The notes below the pieces were generated by a model that was given only the letters and a program-made list of their open reading frames with translations, did no database searches and was not told the DNA's origin. The position numbers were made by a program, and so were the translations under genes. Below are positions 21,078-31,556 of a DNA stretch of 64,000 nucleotides, one piece after another. Numbering within the stretch: the first letter of the stretch is position 1; each line of letters starts with the position of its first letter. Source of the DNA: Histomonas meleagridis 2922-C6/04-290x (taxonomy: Eukaryota > Protista > Parabasalia); contig JAANOX010000063.1 of the NCBI GenBank assembly GCA_020184695.1, forward strand, positions 105,041 through 169,040, in the 5' to 3' direction.

Positions 21078-23105
21078 ATGAAAAATCAAATTCAAAGTGA
21101 ATGGGAAACACTCACATTAATCGAGAAGATGTTTTTTGATTTGAATGGAAAAAATCTTATGAAATCAACAAATTCAATAATTAACAATTTTGATAATATT
21201 CATCCAATATCTTGCAACATAATTATTTCTCAAATTTTATATACTTTGTGTGCTACAAATATTTATGATTTTGATATGTGTTTAAATTTTTTAAAGGAAA
21301 TTGAAGCACTTGAAGCGAGTAAAAAAGTCAACCCAAGCTTTTTTCGAAATATTCTGAGATATTCTTATTAAAAAGAATACACAAGAATCATTTTATCTTC
21401 TTGAAAATTTGGTTGAACATAATTTTATTCAACCAAACTTCATTCAAACCGTAAAGAATCCATATTTTGCACATTATATGTCAAAAAGAGAAATAAAAAA
21501 ACTTGAATATTTCGATTTTAAGGATCAAATCCTAGATAATTATGAAGAACTATCAAAGAATGATTGGGAACTTCATAAACAATTAATTAAAGAAGGACAT
21601 AATCCAAATGAAATATCAAAAATAATTCGAAATGATGAAATAGAAAAACTCCAAGAAATATCATCACAAAATGATTTTAATTTTAATCAAATAATTCCAA
21701 AATCACTTTATGAAAGATGTTCAATTATAAATGAAAATTATAAAATTGTTAGATTAATTGATTATGCAGCATTTTTCGGATCAATTAAATGTTTTAAATA
21801 TTTACTTGTAAATGGCGCAGATTTAAAAGACACAGGCAAATTTTCTGTAGCAGGAGGAAATGAAGAAATTATTCATTTATGTAAGCAAAATCATATATCA
21901 TTTCAAGGATCAATTAAAATAGCAATTAAATTCCATAAAAATGATATATTTAAATATTTATATGAAAATAATAATAAAAGGTTTAAAAACTTAACTGATT
22001 TAGGAAAAGAATGTATTTTATATCATAATTATGAGATTTTTACATTTTTACTGGAAAATGGAATGAAAATCAACGATGATATTATTAATGAAGCAACACG
22101 AAATGGAAATTTATATCTTGTCAAATACTTTCATAAAGAATATCCACGCCTTCCAAATAATATATTACTTATTTCATCAGAAACAAGAAACATTGAACTT
22201 GTTAAATATATTTTGGAACAAAATGAAATCGATGTCAGCACGAAGAATGTTTTAATTGTTTCATTTAAAGTTTATTTTTGCAAATTGATATTTCATATTA
22301 ACAATTGGAATTTGCTCATGTTATATTGTACATCATTTTTGCTTGCATGTAAATATGGTTTCAATGAAATGGTTGAAATACTTATTAAAATAAATGGAAT
22401 TGATATTCATGTTAAAGATATTTATATATTTTGTTTAATACTTGTCTAAATAATTTTCTGTTTCAAAATAATATTTGGAAATTTTTCATGTTATTTGATA
22501 CAGCACTTATTTTAGCATCTAAATATGGCAATACAGAAATAGTTAAATTACTTCTTGAACAAGAAGGAATTGATATCAGTGAGAAGAATATTTTTTTTGG
22601 TGCGTTTAAAAATTGTTTTAGTAATTTTTTGTTTAAAAATAATTTTTAATATTTTTTTAAATATTATTGGTCAGCATTAATGAATGCATCTAAAAATGAT
22701 CACACTGAAATAGTTAAATTACTTCTTAAACAAGAAAAAATTGATGTTAATGAAAAAAACTTTATTTTATTTTGTTTAATATTTATTTCAATGATTTTCT
22801 ATTTCAAAATAATTTTCGGAAATTATTTTAAATATTTGATACAGTCCTTATCATAGCATCTTCAAATGGTCATACAGAAATAGTTAAATTACTTCTTGAA
22901 CAAGAAGGAATTGATATTAATGCTAAAAATATTTATTTGTTTTATTTGAAATTTATTTTAATAATTTTATATTTCAAAGTATTTTTTGGAAATTATTTAA
23001 ATTATTTGATACAGCACTTATGAAAGCATCTTCAAAAGGTTATACAGAAATAGTTAAATTACTTCTTGAACAAGAAGGAATTGATATTAATGCTAAAGAG
23101 ATTTA
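21078..23105 (+). CDS. DUF3447/ankyrin-repeat gene with spacer-interrupted repeats; frameshift near 21355; 3' end cut by the transposon
   Basis: ORFs 21078-21371 and 21409-22449 join by a 1-frame shift and align with the 16065 paralog (KNTQES.YLL). Ankyrin blocks at 22330-22419, 22500-22589, 22671-22760, 22841-22930 and 23011-23100; spacers 81, 80, 81, 80 and 80 nt. May be a pseudogene. Confidence 0.8.
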
Positions 23106-23396
23106 GGATCAATTACACAACCGCAGACCAAACCTCCAAATCCTCTCAATCGATTTTTAAAGGGTAAATTTAGAACGATAGGAAACGATCCCGCTTTTTC
23201 AAAGAAATTATCATTCTTTCAATTTGATTTTCAATAAAAATATAATTGACACGTGTTTTAAATGAAAATAGAAAATGGAAAACGGTTTGACAAAATATAA
23301 TCCGATTAAAAAACATTTAAAAAGTGATATATGTCATAATAATTTATTGAATACTTTATGAGAATGTGTATATTTTTGGATAAAACTTAAAAAACA

Positions 23397-24323
23397 ATGG
23401 AAGGACGGCATGATTATACACAAGAACAACCACAACAACATCAATCAAGGCAAAAATCCATTCCCTTTTATGATGAAATTTGTAAAATTTTTGAAAATGA
23501 AGAAATTGCAATCATGATGAAGATATCTTCAATTTTACAATGTTTTACCTGTTACATATACATGCGATTTTTGCAAAGGCACTTGCACCAGGCATTTCAA
23601 AATTTTTAGATGTACAAATCCTAGATGTCGAAAAACATATTTTATTACAAATAATACTTTTCTTTACAATTGTCATTTGCCAATTAACGAAATAATGCGT
23701 CTTTTATATAATTGGATAAATAAAATCAATGTAACTTCTGTACAGAATCAAATAGGACATTATTTTACAACAATTTGTAATTATTATCATGAGTTTGATC
23801 GATTAATTTCATTTCAAATAAAGGATAATTCACAGAAAATTGGTGGTGAAAACATTATCGTCGAAATAGATGAAAGCACCATAGAGGACATCCAGTAGAA
23901 GGATCATGGGTAGTGGGAGGAGTTGAGAGAACTCCAGATAAGAAACTTTTCGCACAAAAGGTAAACAGTAGAAACATTGAAACCTTATCTAATATAATTT
24001 TTTTTAATGTAGAAAAAGGATCAATAATATATACAGATTGTTGGAGTGCATACATGCCAGCAATCGAATATTCAAACAAAAATCTAAATTGTAATTACAC
24101 ACTCAAACAAGTGAACCATTCCGAAGGATTTAAATTAGATGAAGGAATACATACCAATACCATTGAGGCAACATGGAATGGTATCAAGTGTAGACTGTGT
24201 TCAGTTCATAAAAATCAAAAATATATTAAAGGGCATTTATTTAGATTTATTTGGAGAAGACAAAACAAAGAAAATTTGTGGAATGCTTTTGTAATAGCAC
24301 TTAAAGATATTCAATATGAATAA
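23397..24323 (+). pseudogene. Frameshifted ISXO2-like (DDE_Tnp_IS1595) transposase
   Basis: Zn-ribbon C..C and FRCTNPRCRK, then KIGGENIIVEIDES / HRGHPVEGSWVVGGVERT / IIYTDCWSAY / VNHSEGF / HTNTIEATWNGIK. Two frameshifts, near 23590 and 23875. Confidence 0.9.
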
Positions 24324-24454
24324 AAAATCAATTTTTATTTAGATTTTTTTTTATAATTTTTATTGTTATTATGAGTTTTATTTTTTGATGAAGCATGCTT
24401 TACTTTTATTTATATTTCGTTTTAATTGTGCTTTATTGTTTATTTATTCTTTGT

Positions 24455-24705
24455 TTTTATTCATATTTCATTTTTTATTCATATTTTAATTTTTTTAATG
24501 ATTTGTTTTAATTCATATTCCAATTATTATTCATATTACATTTTTTATTCATATTTCATTTTTTATTCATATTTCATTTTTTTTCATGATTTGTTTTAAT
24601 TCATATTCCAATTTTTTTTCATGATTTGTTTTAATTCATATTCCAATTTTTTTTCATGATTTGTTTATTCATGTTCCAATTTTTATTCATGATTTGTTTT
24701 TCATT
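24455..24705. repeat. Subterminal tandem repeats inside the transposon
   Basis: CATGATTTGTTTTAATTCATATTCCAAT(n) units starting at 24585, 24620 and 24655 (35-bp period), plus shorter TTCATATTTCATTTTTTA units. Confidence 0.8.
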
Positions 24706-25120
24706 ATTGTCAACCATATTTTTCTTGATCTTTTAAGTATTCAAAATATAGCTTGATTTATGCATATGTATCTTAAAAGTTAGAATGGTAGCCATACATC
24801 ACAAACAAGCACACTTGTGTAAAACAACTTATTCAAAAAGTTGATATCATAAAGTATTCAATAAATTATTATGACATATATCACTTTTTAAATGTTTTTT
24901 AATCGGATTATATTTTGTCAAACCGTTTTCCATTTTCTATTTTCATTTAAAACACGTGTCAATTATATTTTTATTGAAAATCAAATTGAAAGAATGATAA
25001 TTTCTTTGAAAAAGCGGGATCGTTTCCTATCGTTCTAAATTTACCCTTTAAAAATCGATTGAGAGGATTTGGAGGTTTGGTCTGCGGTTGTGTAATTGAT
25101 CCAAATACATTTACTAATTA

Positions 25121-28078
25121 TTAATTTAGGTTTAAACTACCGATTTTGATTTTTTCTTGTTGGGTCAATTGATTTTGTATTTCCGGGAAACTTTTTAAAA
25201 GTGCCTTCACAAATTCAATCAAAACGATATTATCGTCATTCGATACGAACTTTGTATTGATGTGGAACAATAGAATTTTTAAGAGCTTTACATTCCCGAT
25301 ACATGCGGTTAATTCCTTGTATTTATTTTTAATTAATTCAACAATAAAATTCATCACTAATAAACATTCATTTGAAGCTGACGAAAAAGGTAAAGAGTCG
25401 AATAATAATTTTATATTATTTTCTGATAACAAAGCGTATTTTTTGATTATTCTCACGAAAGCATATAAAGATAAATCGAAAAATATCAAAGAATCATTTT
25501 CGAAGTCATTTTTATGTAACAAAACGTTAACAATTTTATCCAAAATCACATTTAAAACGTTTTGATTTATATTAATTTTTTCACATATGAAACAAATTGC
25601 TTTTATAGCATAGACGGCATTAATTTGCTCGAAATTATTCGTAATCGAATCCAAAAGAGAATTTAATAATATTTCAAATGTCGAAAAATCATTTGAATAT
25701 ATGTAATAATAAGGCAAAATTGTAAAAGGAAAAATTTGCAAATATTTTTGATCAATCATTATAACGACTAAAGATAGAATATTATTTTGAAAAATCGGAA
25801 TCGAAAAATTATTAAAATTCTTAAAACAATATATAAAAAACAATTTTTCGAATATAAATTCATGAATTTTATTCTTTAAATCACATTTTTGTTTAATAAA
25901 TTCAACAAATAATTCCATTAATTTCACCAAAACATTTTCTTCAATAAAATCTTTTCCTAATATTAAAGCATGTAATAAAACGCTACAAATTTTATCGGAG
26001 TTATTTATATCCAAAAAACAAAATGAATTAATAAAGCAAAATATTATTTCATTAGTTAAAAATTTCATTAAATTCGGATCGTTTATACTTTTGATTATTA
26101 TATCCAAAAAATCCCAACAATTCAAAGCAATCCCATCGAAATAATAAATCGAAGTTATCCAATAATGACATAATTTAATAGTATCCTCAATGAACACGAA
26201 ATAATTTTCTTGAATTGACTCAAATATTATTTTAAGTAAAATTATATTATATTTAATTTCATTTATACTTAAAACATTACCGAAATATACAAAATTGTTA
26301 TCCTTTGAAGGAATTTGTTCAAAACTTGGAATTGTTATAATTCCATCGTTTTGATTAAATTTTGTGATTTCGATATCATTAAAAGAAGTTTTTATTAAAT
26401 GTGTTATAAAAGGTGTTAATAAATTGGAAATTAATTTTCCAAAATATTTTATAAATGTAATAATACATTTATTACAAATGATTAAATCATTTTCATTTGA
26501 GAAATTTCGTTTCGAAATCGAAACTTCTAAAAATGGTAAAAACATTTCTTTATTATTAACTAAAATTTCCTTAAATTCTTTACAACAAATTTCAGCAATT
26601 TGTATCATCGATAAATAAATATTTGTGTTTAAGAACTGTGAAATTGTTGACATTAAAGAAGGAACGAATTTTATAAATAATAATTTCATTGATTTAATGA
26701 ATTTCTTTAATAATTTTAATGATAACAAACGAATAATTTCCGAATTTGTATTTAATAAAATATGAATTATTACATTATATAATTGTTGAAATATTTCGTT
26801 TTCTTCTTTTATATTATATTTATTAAACAAATGAATTAAACATTTTAATAATTCGATTTGTATTTGTTCATTAGTTTCATGAATAATATTATTAAATATA
26901 ATTGGAAATATTACATAAAAACATTCGTCTTGTATAAATGGTGATAACACATTACATAAATGTGAAATCGCTTTAATTGCACTATAACGAACTTGAGCAT
27001 TATCATTATTTATATAAACGATAATGTTTTCGGTGATTTCTTTAATATGATTTATTAAAACAAATGTAATTTCGCCATTAAATACAGAAGTCATTAGTAA
27101 AAACGTCGAAATGTTTGTTTGATCAATTGAATAAATTCTTTTTATTGTGTTAATGATTATATCTGATGACGTTTTATTACATATTACTGAAAAACATTGT
27201 AATGCGAATTCACTGAATTTGTTTTGTTGTGAAATTAGACGGAAAAATATTAATACGATCGAATATATTAATTCTTCATCATCTTTAAAGTTTTTACCTA
27301 AAACTGTTAGTAATATTAATGACAAATATATAAATTCTTCATTTCCAATAATTAATGTAATGAATTCAAAGAGTTCATTAATATGTAATGCTATAAATCG
27401 AATTATTTTATTAAAGTTTTCGATTAATTCTTTTAAAACAAACGAAATGGATTCAGTGGGTATCGAATGAAGTAAATTTGTAAATATGTTGTGTAATATT
27501 TCGATGTTTTGTTGATATGGTATTATCGAAATTAATAAATGGAATTTCGTGTTGTAGAATATGTTTTCCATTTGAAGAAGTATTAAAATTTCATGAATGG
27601 GATAAATGCTTTGATCTGAACTCATTATGATGTTTGATATTGTGTCAACTATAAAACTTATGTTAGTTTGCGGAAATTGTTGCAATTGTTGAAGTAAAAA
27701 ATCAATTGGATGTACTTCTGGATGAATTGTTGAAATAACAACAAATATTTGCTGGAAAATGTTGAGCAATATTTCATCATTTATATTCAACAAGAGAATT
27801 TGTTGAAATAAATTGGTGAAATTGGTCCAGAAAATTGTAAATAACTCTTGATCTTCGATTAATAAATTACTTGCTTGGGTCTCTCGATAAAGAAGGATTA
27901 CCGCAATACGTAATGTAATTGGATTTTGATTATTTAAACAAAAAGTAAAAAGAGTTGAGATGAATAAATTATAGTTTTGCAATTTCATTTGGATTATAAT
28001 AGATTCTGCTGCATTCCGGTCTTCATTTGACTCACTTATGGTCCCTTGTAAAAGAGCTTCAAATTGCTGAAGCTCCAT
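25121..28078 (-). CDS. Importin-beta-family karyopherin (importin-5/Kap121-like HEAT repeats)
   Basis: N-terminal FEALLQGTISESNEDRNAAESII; HEAT motif DNAQVRYSAIKAISHLCNVLSPFIQ; about 985 aa from ATG 28078. Confidence 0.8.
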   Translation of the reverse strand: MELQQFEALLQGTISESNEDRNAAESIIIQMKLQNYNLFISTLFTFCLNNQNPITLRIAVILLYRETQASNLLIEDQELFTIFWTNFTNLFQQILLLNINDEILLNIFQQIFVVISTIHPEVHPIDFLLQQLQQFPQTNISFIVDTISNIIMSSDQSIYPIHEILILLQMENIFYNTKFHLLISIIPYQQNIEILHNIFTNLLHSIPTESISFVLKELIENFNKIIRFIALHINELFEFITLIIGNEEFIYLSLILLTVLGKNFKDDEELIYSIVLIFFRLISQQNKFSEFALQCFSVICNKTSSDIIINTIKRIYSIDQTNISTFLLMTSVFNGEITFVLINHIKEITENIIVYINNDNAQVRYSAIKAISHLCNVLSPFIQDECFYVIFPIIFNNIIHETNEQIQIELLKCLIHLFNKYNIKEENEIFQQLYNVIIHILLNTNSEIIRLLSLKLLKKFIKSMKLLFIKFVPSLMSTISQFLNTNIYLSMIQIAEICCKEFKEILVNNKEMFLPFLEVSISKRNFSNENDLIICNKCIITFIKYFGKLISNLLTPFITHLIKTSFNDIEITKFNQNDGIITIPSFEQIPSKDNNFVYFGNVLSINEIKYNIILLKIIFESIQENYFVFIEDTIKLCHYWITSIYYFDGIALNCWDFLDIIIKSINDPNLMKFLTNEIIFCFINSFCFLDINNSDKICSVLLHALILGKDFIEENVLVKLMELFVEFIKQKCDLKNKIHEFIFEKLFFIYCFKNFNNFSIPIFQNNILSLVVIMIDQKYLQIFPFTILPYYYIYSNDFSTFEILLNSLLDSITNNFEQINAVYAIKAICFICEKININQNVLNVILDKIVNVLLHKNDFENDSLIFFDLSLYAFVRIIKKYALLSENNIKLLFDSLPFSSASNECLLVMNFIVELIKNKYKELTACIGNVKLLKILLFHINTKFVSNDDNIVLIEFVKALLKSFPEIQNQLTQQEKIKIGSLNLN

Positions 28079-28445
28079 GTTCACTAACCATTTCTTCAAC
28101 GGTTATAAACCGCCAATGTATCAACTTTTTGTGATTGGTCGGGCCTAAGTAAATTATTCAAACAATAACGATAGATAATCCTCCTCACACCAACAGGAGC
28201 ACACAGCAAACACAGAAACCAGACTGAGGTTCAATCTTATATTAGGCTTAACTGAACACTCAATGCTTTGAGCTTATTATTATTCATTGTTAATATCGTT
28301 TTGGACACATTTTTTCTATATTTCCGAATTTGATATGTCTATGAAAGTGTTTAGAAAAAAGCCCATACTAATATAGTTATGATATTTTTATTGACAATTT
28401 TTTGGTTTCAACAAAGAGATGAGATCATGAAGGTCTTCTTTACTT

Positions 28446-31400
28446 TTATTTCAAGTATCCCTTAAAATTACCATACACAAATCTATTTGTTTGTTGGGAT
28501 TTTGTCTGATTTCCTGTTCTTTGTGTTCGTGATGATGATGGTGGTGATTGTTTTGGTTGGAATGTCTTTTGTCGCTGATGTGGCGATGATGGTGGTATTG
28601 ATGACTGCTCTGATAATGATTTTGATAGTGGTGTTATTGATGAATTCGTCCGTTTCATTGGTGTTTGCTCGGTTGATGAAGGTTTCGCAAGTGGTGTTGA
28701 TGATGATTTTGTTAGTGGTGTTGTTACAATTTTATCAAAGTTTTGCATTAAGCTTGATAATATTGAATGCATCATTTCCTTTAGTTTCTCATTTAATTTA
28801 TTTGTTAATATTTCATCCATCATATTCGTTAATCGTTCATCTATTATAGTTGCCAATCTTTCATCTATTATATTTGCTAATCGTTCATCTATTATAGTTA
28901 TTAATTGTTCATCTGATATATCTGAGGATTTTTTTTGCGCTTCTACAAGATCATGATCAAAATATATTTTTAATTGCTTTAAATTTGATTCAGTATATTC
29001 CTTTAAATCATCTTTTGCTTTGTTAATTTCATATTGTATTAGCTTCGATAAGTTATCTTTTAGTTGAGCTATTTCTTTAATTTTGCTTTTTACATTTTCC
29101 TTTAATGTATTAAGTTCATTTATTTCTTCACTTAAATTATTTTGCATTTGTTCTGATACATTCTTAATTATGCTCTGCTTTAATTCATTTAATTCATTTT
29201 CATCTAATTTATTTGATTTTGTAATTTGATATTGGAAAGATGTTTGATATTGTTTTGTTACTTCGTCAATTATTTTTTGTTTTATTTTTGATATTTCTTG
29301 CTTTTCATTTTTTATATTTTCATATAATTCATTTAATTTCTGGGTTTCTTTAATGAAACTATTTTGATTTCTTGTTATTTCTTCGTTTATGTATTGTTTT
29401 AATTCTGTTTTTTCTTTCTTCATATATTCATTCACTAAATTACCAATAAACGTTTTTAATTTTTTTTGAGGTAATTTTTCTGTACTTTGATTTTCTTTCT
29501 TAATATTTTCTGTTTTTTCATTTAATTCATTTTTAGCTGTTTGAATTACATTATCTATTTCATTTAGTAAGTTTCCAGCACATTTTACAATATTATTGTT
29601 TTCCCATTCTTGAATTTGTGGATCTTCATAATGTTTCTCTTGTTCGAACCATTTAGATAACACTTCATATTTATTTATGAAACTTTGGTATAAAAAATTT
29701 GATTCGTTTGTATTTGATTGTTTCACTAATTTTAAAGCTTCATTATTTTTTGTTTTAAATTGATTCATATAACCATAAACTTTTTTTCTAGAATTTGCAT
29801 GTTCTATTAAATTTTTAATATTTGTTATTTGTTCTGAAATATCAATATTTTTTGAATTATTTTCATTTACAATATTTTCTAATTCCTGTGGATCTAAAAA
29901 ATCTTTAAGTCTACGTGCTGTATAAATATTTGCTTGTAATGTATTTTGTAGCTCTTCAAGGTATTGATAATCATCATCTCTTTTTTGCATTTCTTTTTCT
30001 TTTTCTTTAAATTTTTGAATTTCTTTTATCCCAATATTTGGCGTATAAGTTATACCATTTTGTTGCATGACTTCAATTAATTGTGAAAGATTCATTCCAA
30101 TACGAATATTATTTGATCCATTTGTTTTAATTTCTCCAATTTTCATTTGTTTTGTTTTAATATCTAAGTTTTTTGTTTTTGGTGGAACATTAATTGTTTT
30201 TTCATTTGGAATTTTGGAATTTCTTGTAAACAAAACCTTTGTAAAGTTTCCATATTCTGCATATATGTCTATCTTATTATTATCGCCATATTGATTTTGT
30301 TGATATATGTCATCAATTTGTACTCGTTTGTTTAAATAAGAGTTTGGTTCTAATACACCTGCTACATAAGCTGTTCCTTGTGCAATATATTCGTCTTGAA
30401 TAGGATTTGGCTTAACTTCTTGTGATTGAAATAAGCGAGAAATATTGCGTAAAAATGGGTTAACGCGAGATCCGCCGCCGATAATCACCAAATCATTATA
30501 TCTCTTTATATGAGCATCTTGATATGCTTCGAGAATAGGATCCTTGATTTGTTTGGCAAGTTCCTCAATACTTTTTTCGAATTCGGAACTTTCAAAGTCA
30601 AATTCGAATCCATTGGGCAATTCTTTACATCCAACGTTTATGTTCATTTTGATTTTTTTGTTAATATATAACTTTTCTTTAGCTGTGTTTGCAGCATAAT
30701 AAATATTTAATAAATGTATTTTGGATAGTTGGATTCTTGGATATTTCTCTTTAATTTTATTTACGAAAAGTTGTTGAACTATTTTTGTTACATTCGAGCC
30801 TCCAAAACGTCTATCGCTTATTGAACTCAAAACTTGAACATTAATTGGCTTTTTCCCTTTTAGTTTAGTATAACAAATAGATACAACTGCAACATTCATA
30901 GATGTGTCACCAATGTCAATAAAAATGACATATATATTATTATCTTTAAATTTAGAATAATTATCAACTGCATACTTAACTGCAGCTGCTGTTGTGGAGT
31001 TAATTGTACATATGCAGTCAACGCCAGCAATTGAGGCAGCATCAAAAATTGCTTGTCTTTGTTGAATATTAAACCAAGGTGGAACAGTGATTACACAACG
31101 TGTAAAGTTCGTTGTTGAAAATGAATCTTCTTGGTATTGGACATAAGAAAAAATTGTTTTGAGTAAGTAAGCAATGCATTGTTCAGGTTTGATTTGGAAT
31201 TCTTTTTTCCCATTATTAATAACAATACCTGTAAATTTATCATCTAGCTCGCAAAGATCAAATACAAACTGCTTTTGCAATTCAATACGTTCATTACTAT
31301 TGAACTTTAACCCAACTAATTTATTTAAATCATAAATAGTTATTACATTAGGTACCAAATTGTTAGAAGCAGCTGTGTCGCCAGAGTATCGAACCGTTGG

Positions 31401-31556
31401 TGTAAAAGAAACAAATGAAGGAGTAAATCGGCACGACATTGAATCTGTCATAATTGCGGCTCTAACTCCTATATTTGTATTTATTTCTGAAAGTATGCTA
31501 CCTACAATTCTTTTGTTTCCAAGATCAATCCCTAAAGTTGGTATTACCCTCGTCAT
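28446..31556 (-). CDS. Atypical Hsp70/Hsp110-like protein with a long coiled-coil and Ser/Pro-rich tail
   Basis: GIDLGNKR, TPSFVSF, CVITVPPWF...RQAIFDAASIAG, INSTTAAA, IDIGDTS, IIGGGSRV; C-terminal DERLxxII repeats. Confidence 0.85.
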   Translation of the reverse strand: MTRVIPTLGIDLGNKRIVGSILSEINTNIGVRAAIMTDSMSCRFTPSFVSFTPTVRYSGDTAASNNLVPNVITIYDLNKLVGLKFNSNERIELQKQFVFDLCELDDKFTGIVINNGKKEFQIKPEQCIAYLLKTIFSYVQYQEDSFSTTNFTRCVITVPPWFNIQQRQAIFDAASIAGVDCICTINSTTAAAVKYAVDNYSKFKDNNIYVIFIDIGDTSMNVAVVSICYTKLKGKKPINVQVLSSISDRRFGGSNVTKIVQQLFVNKIKEKYPRIQLSKIHLLNIYYAANTAKEKLYINKKIKMNINVGCKELPNGFEFDFESSEFEKSIEELAKQIKDPILEAYQDAHIKRYNDLVIIGGGSRVNPFLRNISRLFQSQEVKPNPIQDEYIAQGTAYVAGVLEPNSYLNKRVQIDDIYQQNQYGDNNKIDIYAEYGNFTKVLFTRNSKIPNEKTINVPPKTKNLDIKTKQMKIGEIKTNGSNNIRIGMNLSQLIEVMQQNGITYTPNIGIKEIQKFKEKEKEMQKRDDDYQYLEELQNTLQANIYTARRLKDFLDPQELENIVNENNSKNIDISEQITNIKNLIEHANSRKKVYGYMNQFKTKNNEALKLVKQSNTNESNFLYQSFINKYEVLSKWFEQEKHYEDPQIQEWENNNIVKCAGNLLNEIDNVIQTAKNELNEKTENIKKENQSTEKLPQKKLKTFIGNLVNEYMKKEKTELKQYINEEITRNQNSFIKETQKLNELYENIKNEKQEISKIKQKIIDEVTKQYQTSFQYQITKSNKLDENELNELKQSIIKNVSEQMQNNLSEEINELNTLKENVKSKIKEIAQLKDNLSKLIQYEINKAKDDLKEYTESNLKQLKIYFDHDLVEAQKKSSDISDEQLITIIDERLANIIDERLATIIDERLTNMMDEILTNKLNEKLKEMMHSILSSLMQNFDKIVTTPLTKSSSTPLAKPSSTEQTPMKRTNSSITPLSKSLSEQSSIPPSSPHQRQKTFQPKQSPPSSSRTQRTGNQTKSQQTNRFVYGNFKGYLK

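Larger units (their letters stand above)
23106..25102 (+). mobile_element. Merlin/IS1595(ISXO2)-superfamily DNA transposon, non-autonomous, 1997 bp
   Basis: 256-bp terminal inverted repeats at 23106-23361 and 24847-25102 starting GGATCAATTACACAACC; internal broken DDE transposase; no target-site duplication. Confidence 0.92.

Noticed and set aside
1-23105. Alternating conserved and variable units resembling a CRISPR array
   Set aside because: The conserved units are ankyrin-coding blocks, the spacers are homologous to each other, the period is 167-171 nt, and the DNA is eukaryotic with no cas genes.
28210-28230. RNase P/MRP CR-V-like ACAGAAACCAGACTGA
   Set aside because: No matching upstream GGAARNUC CR-I/P4 partner in the intergenic space.
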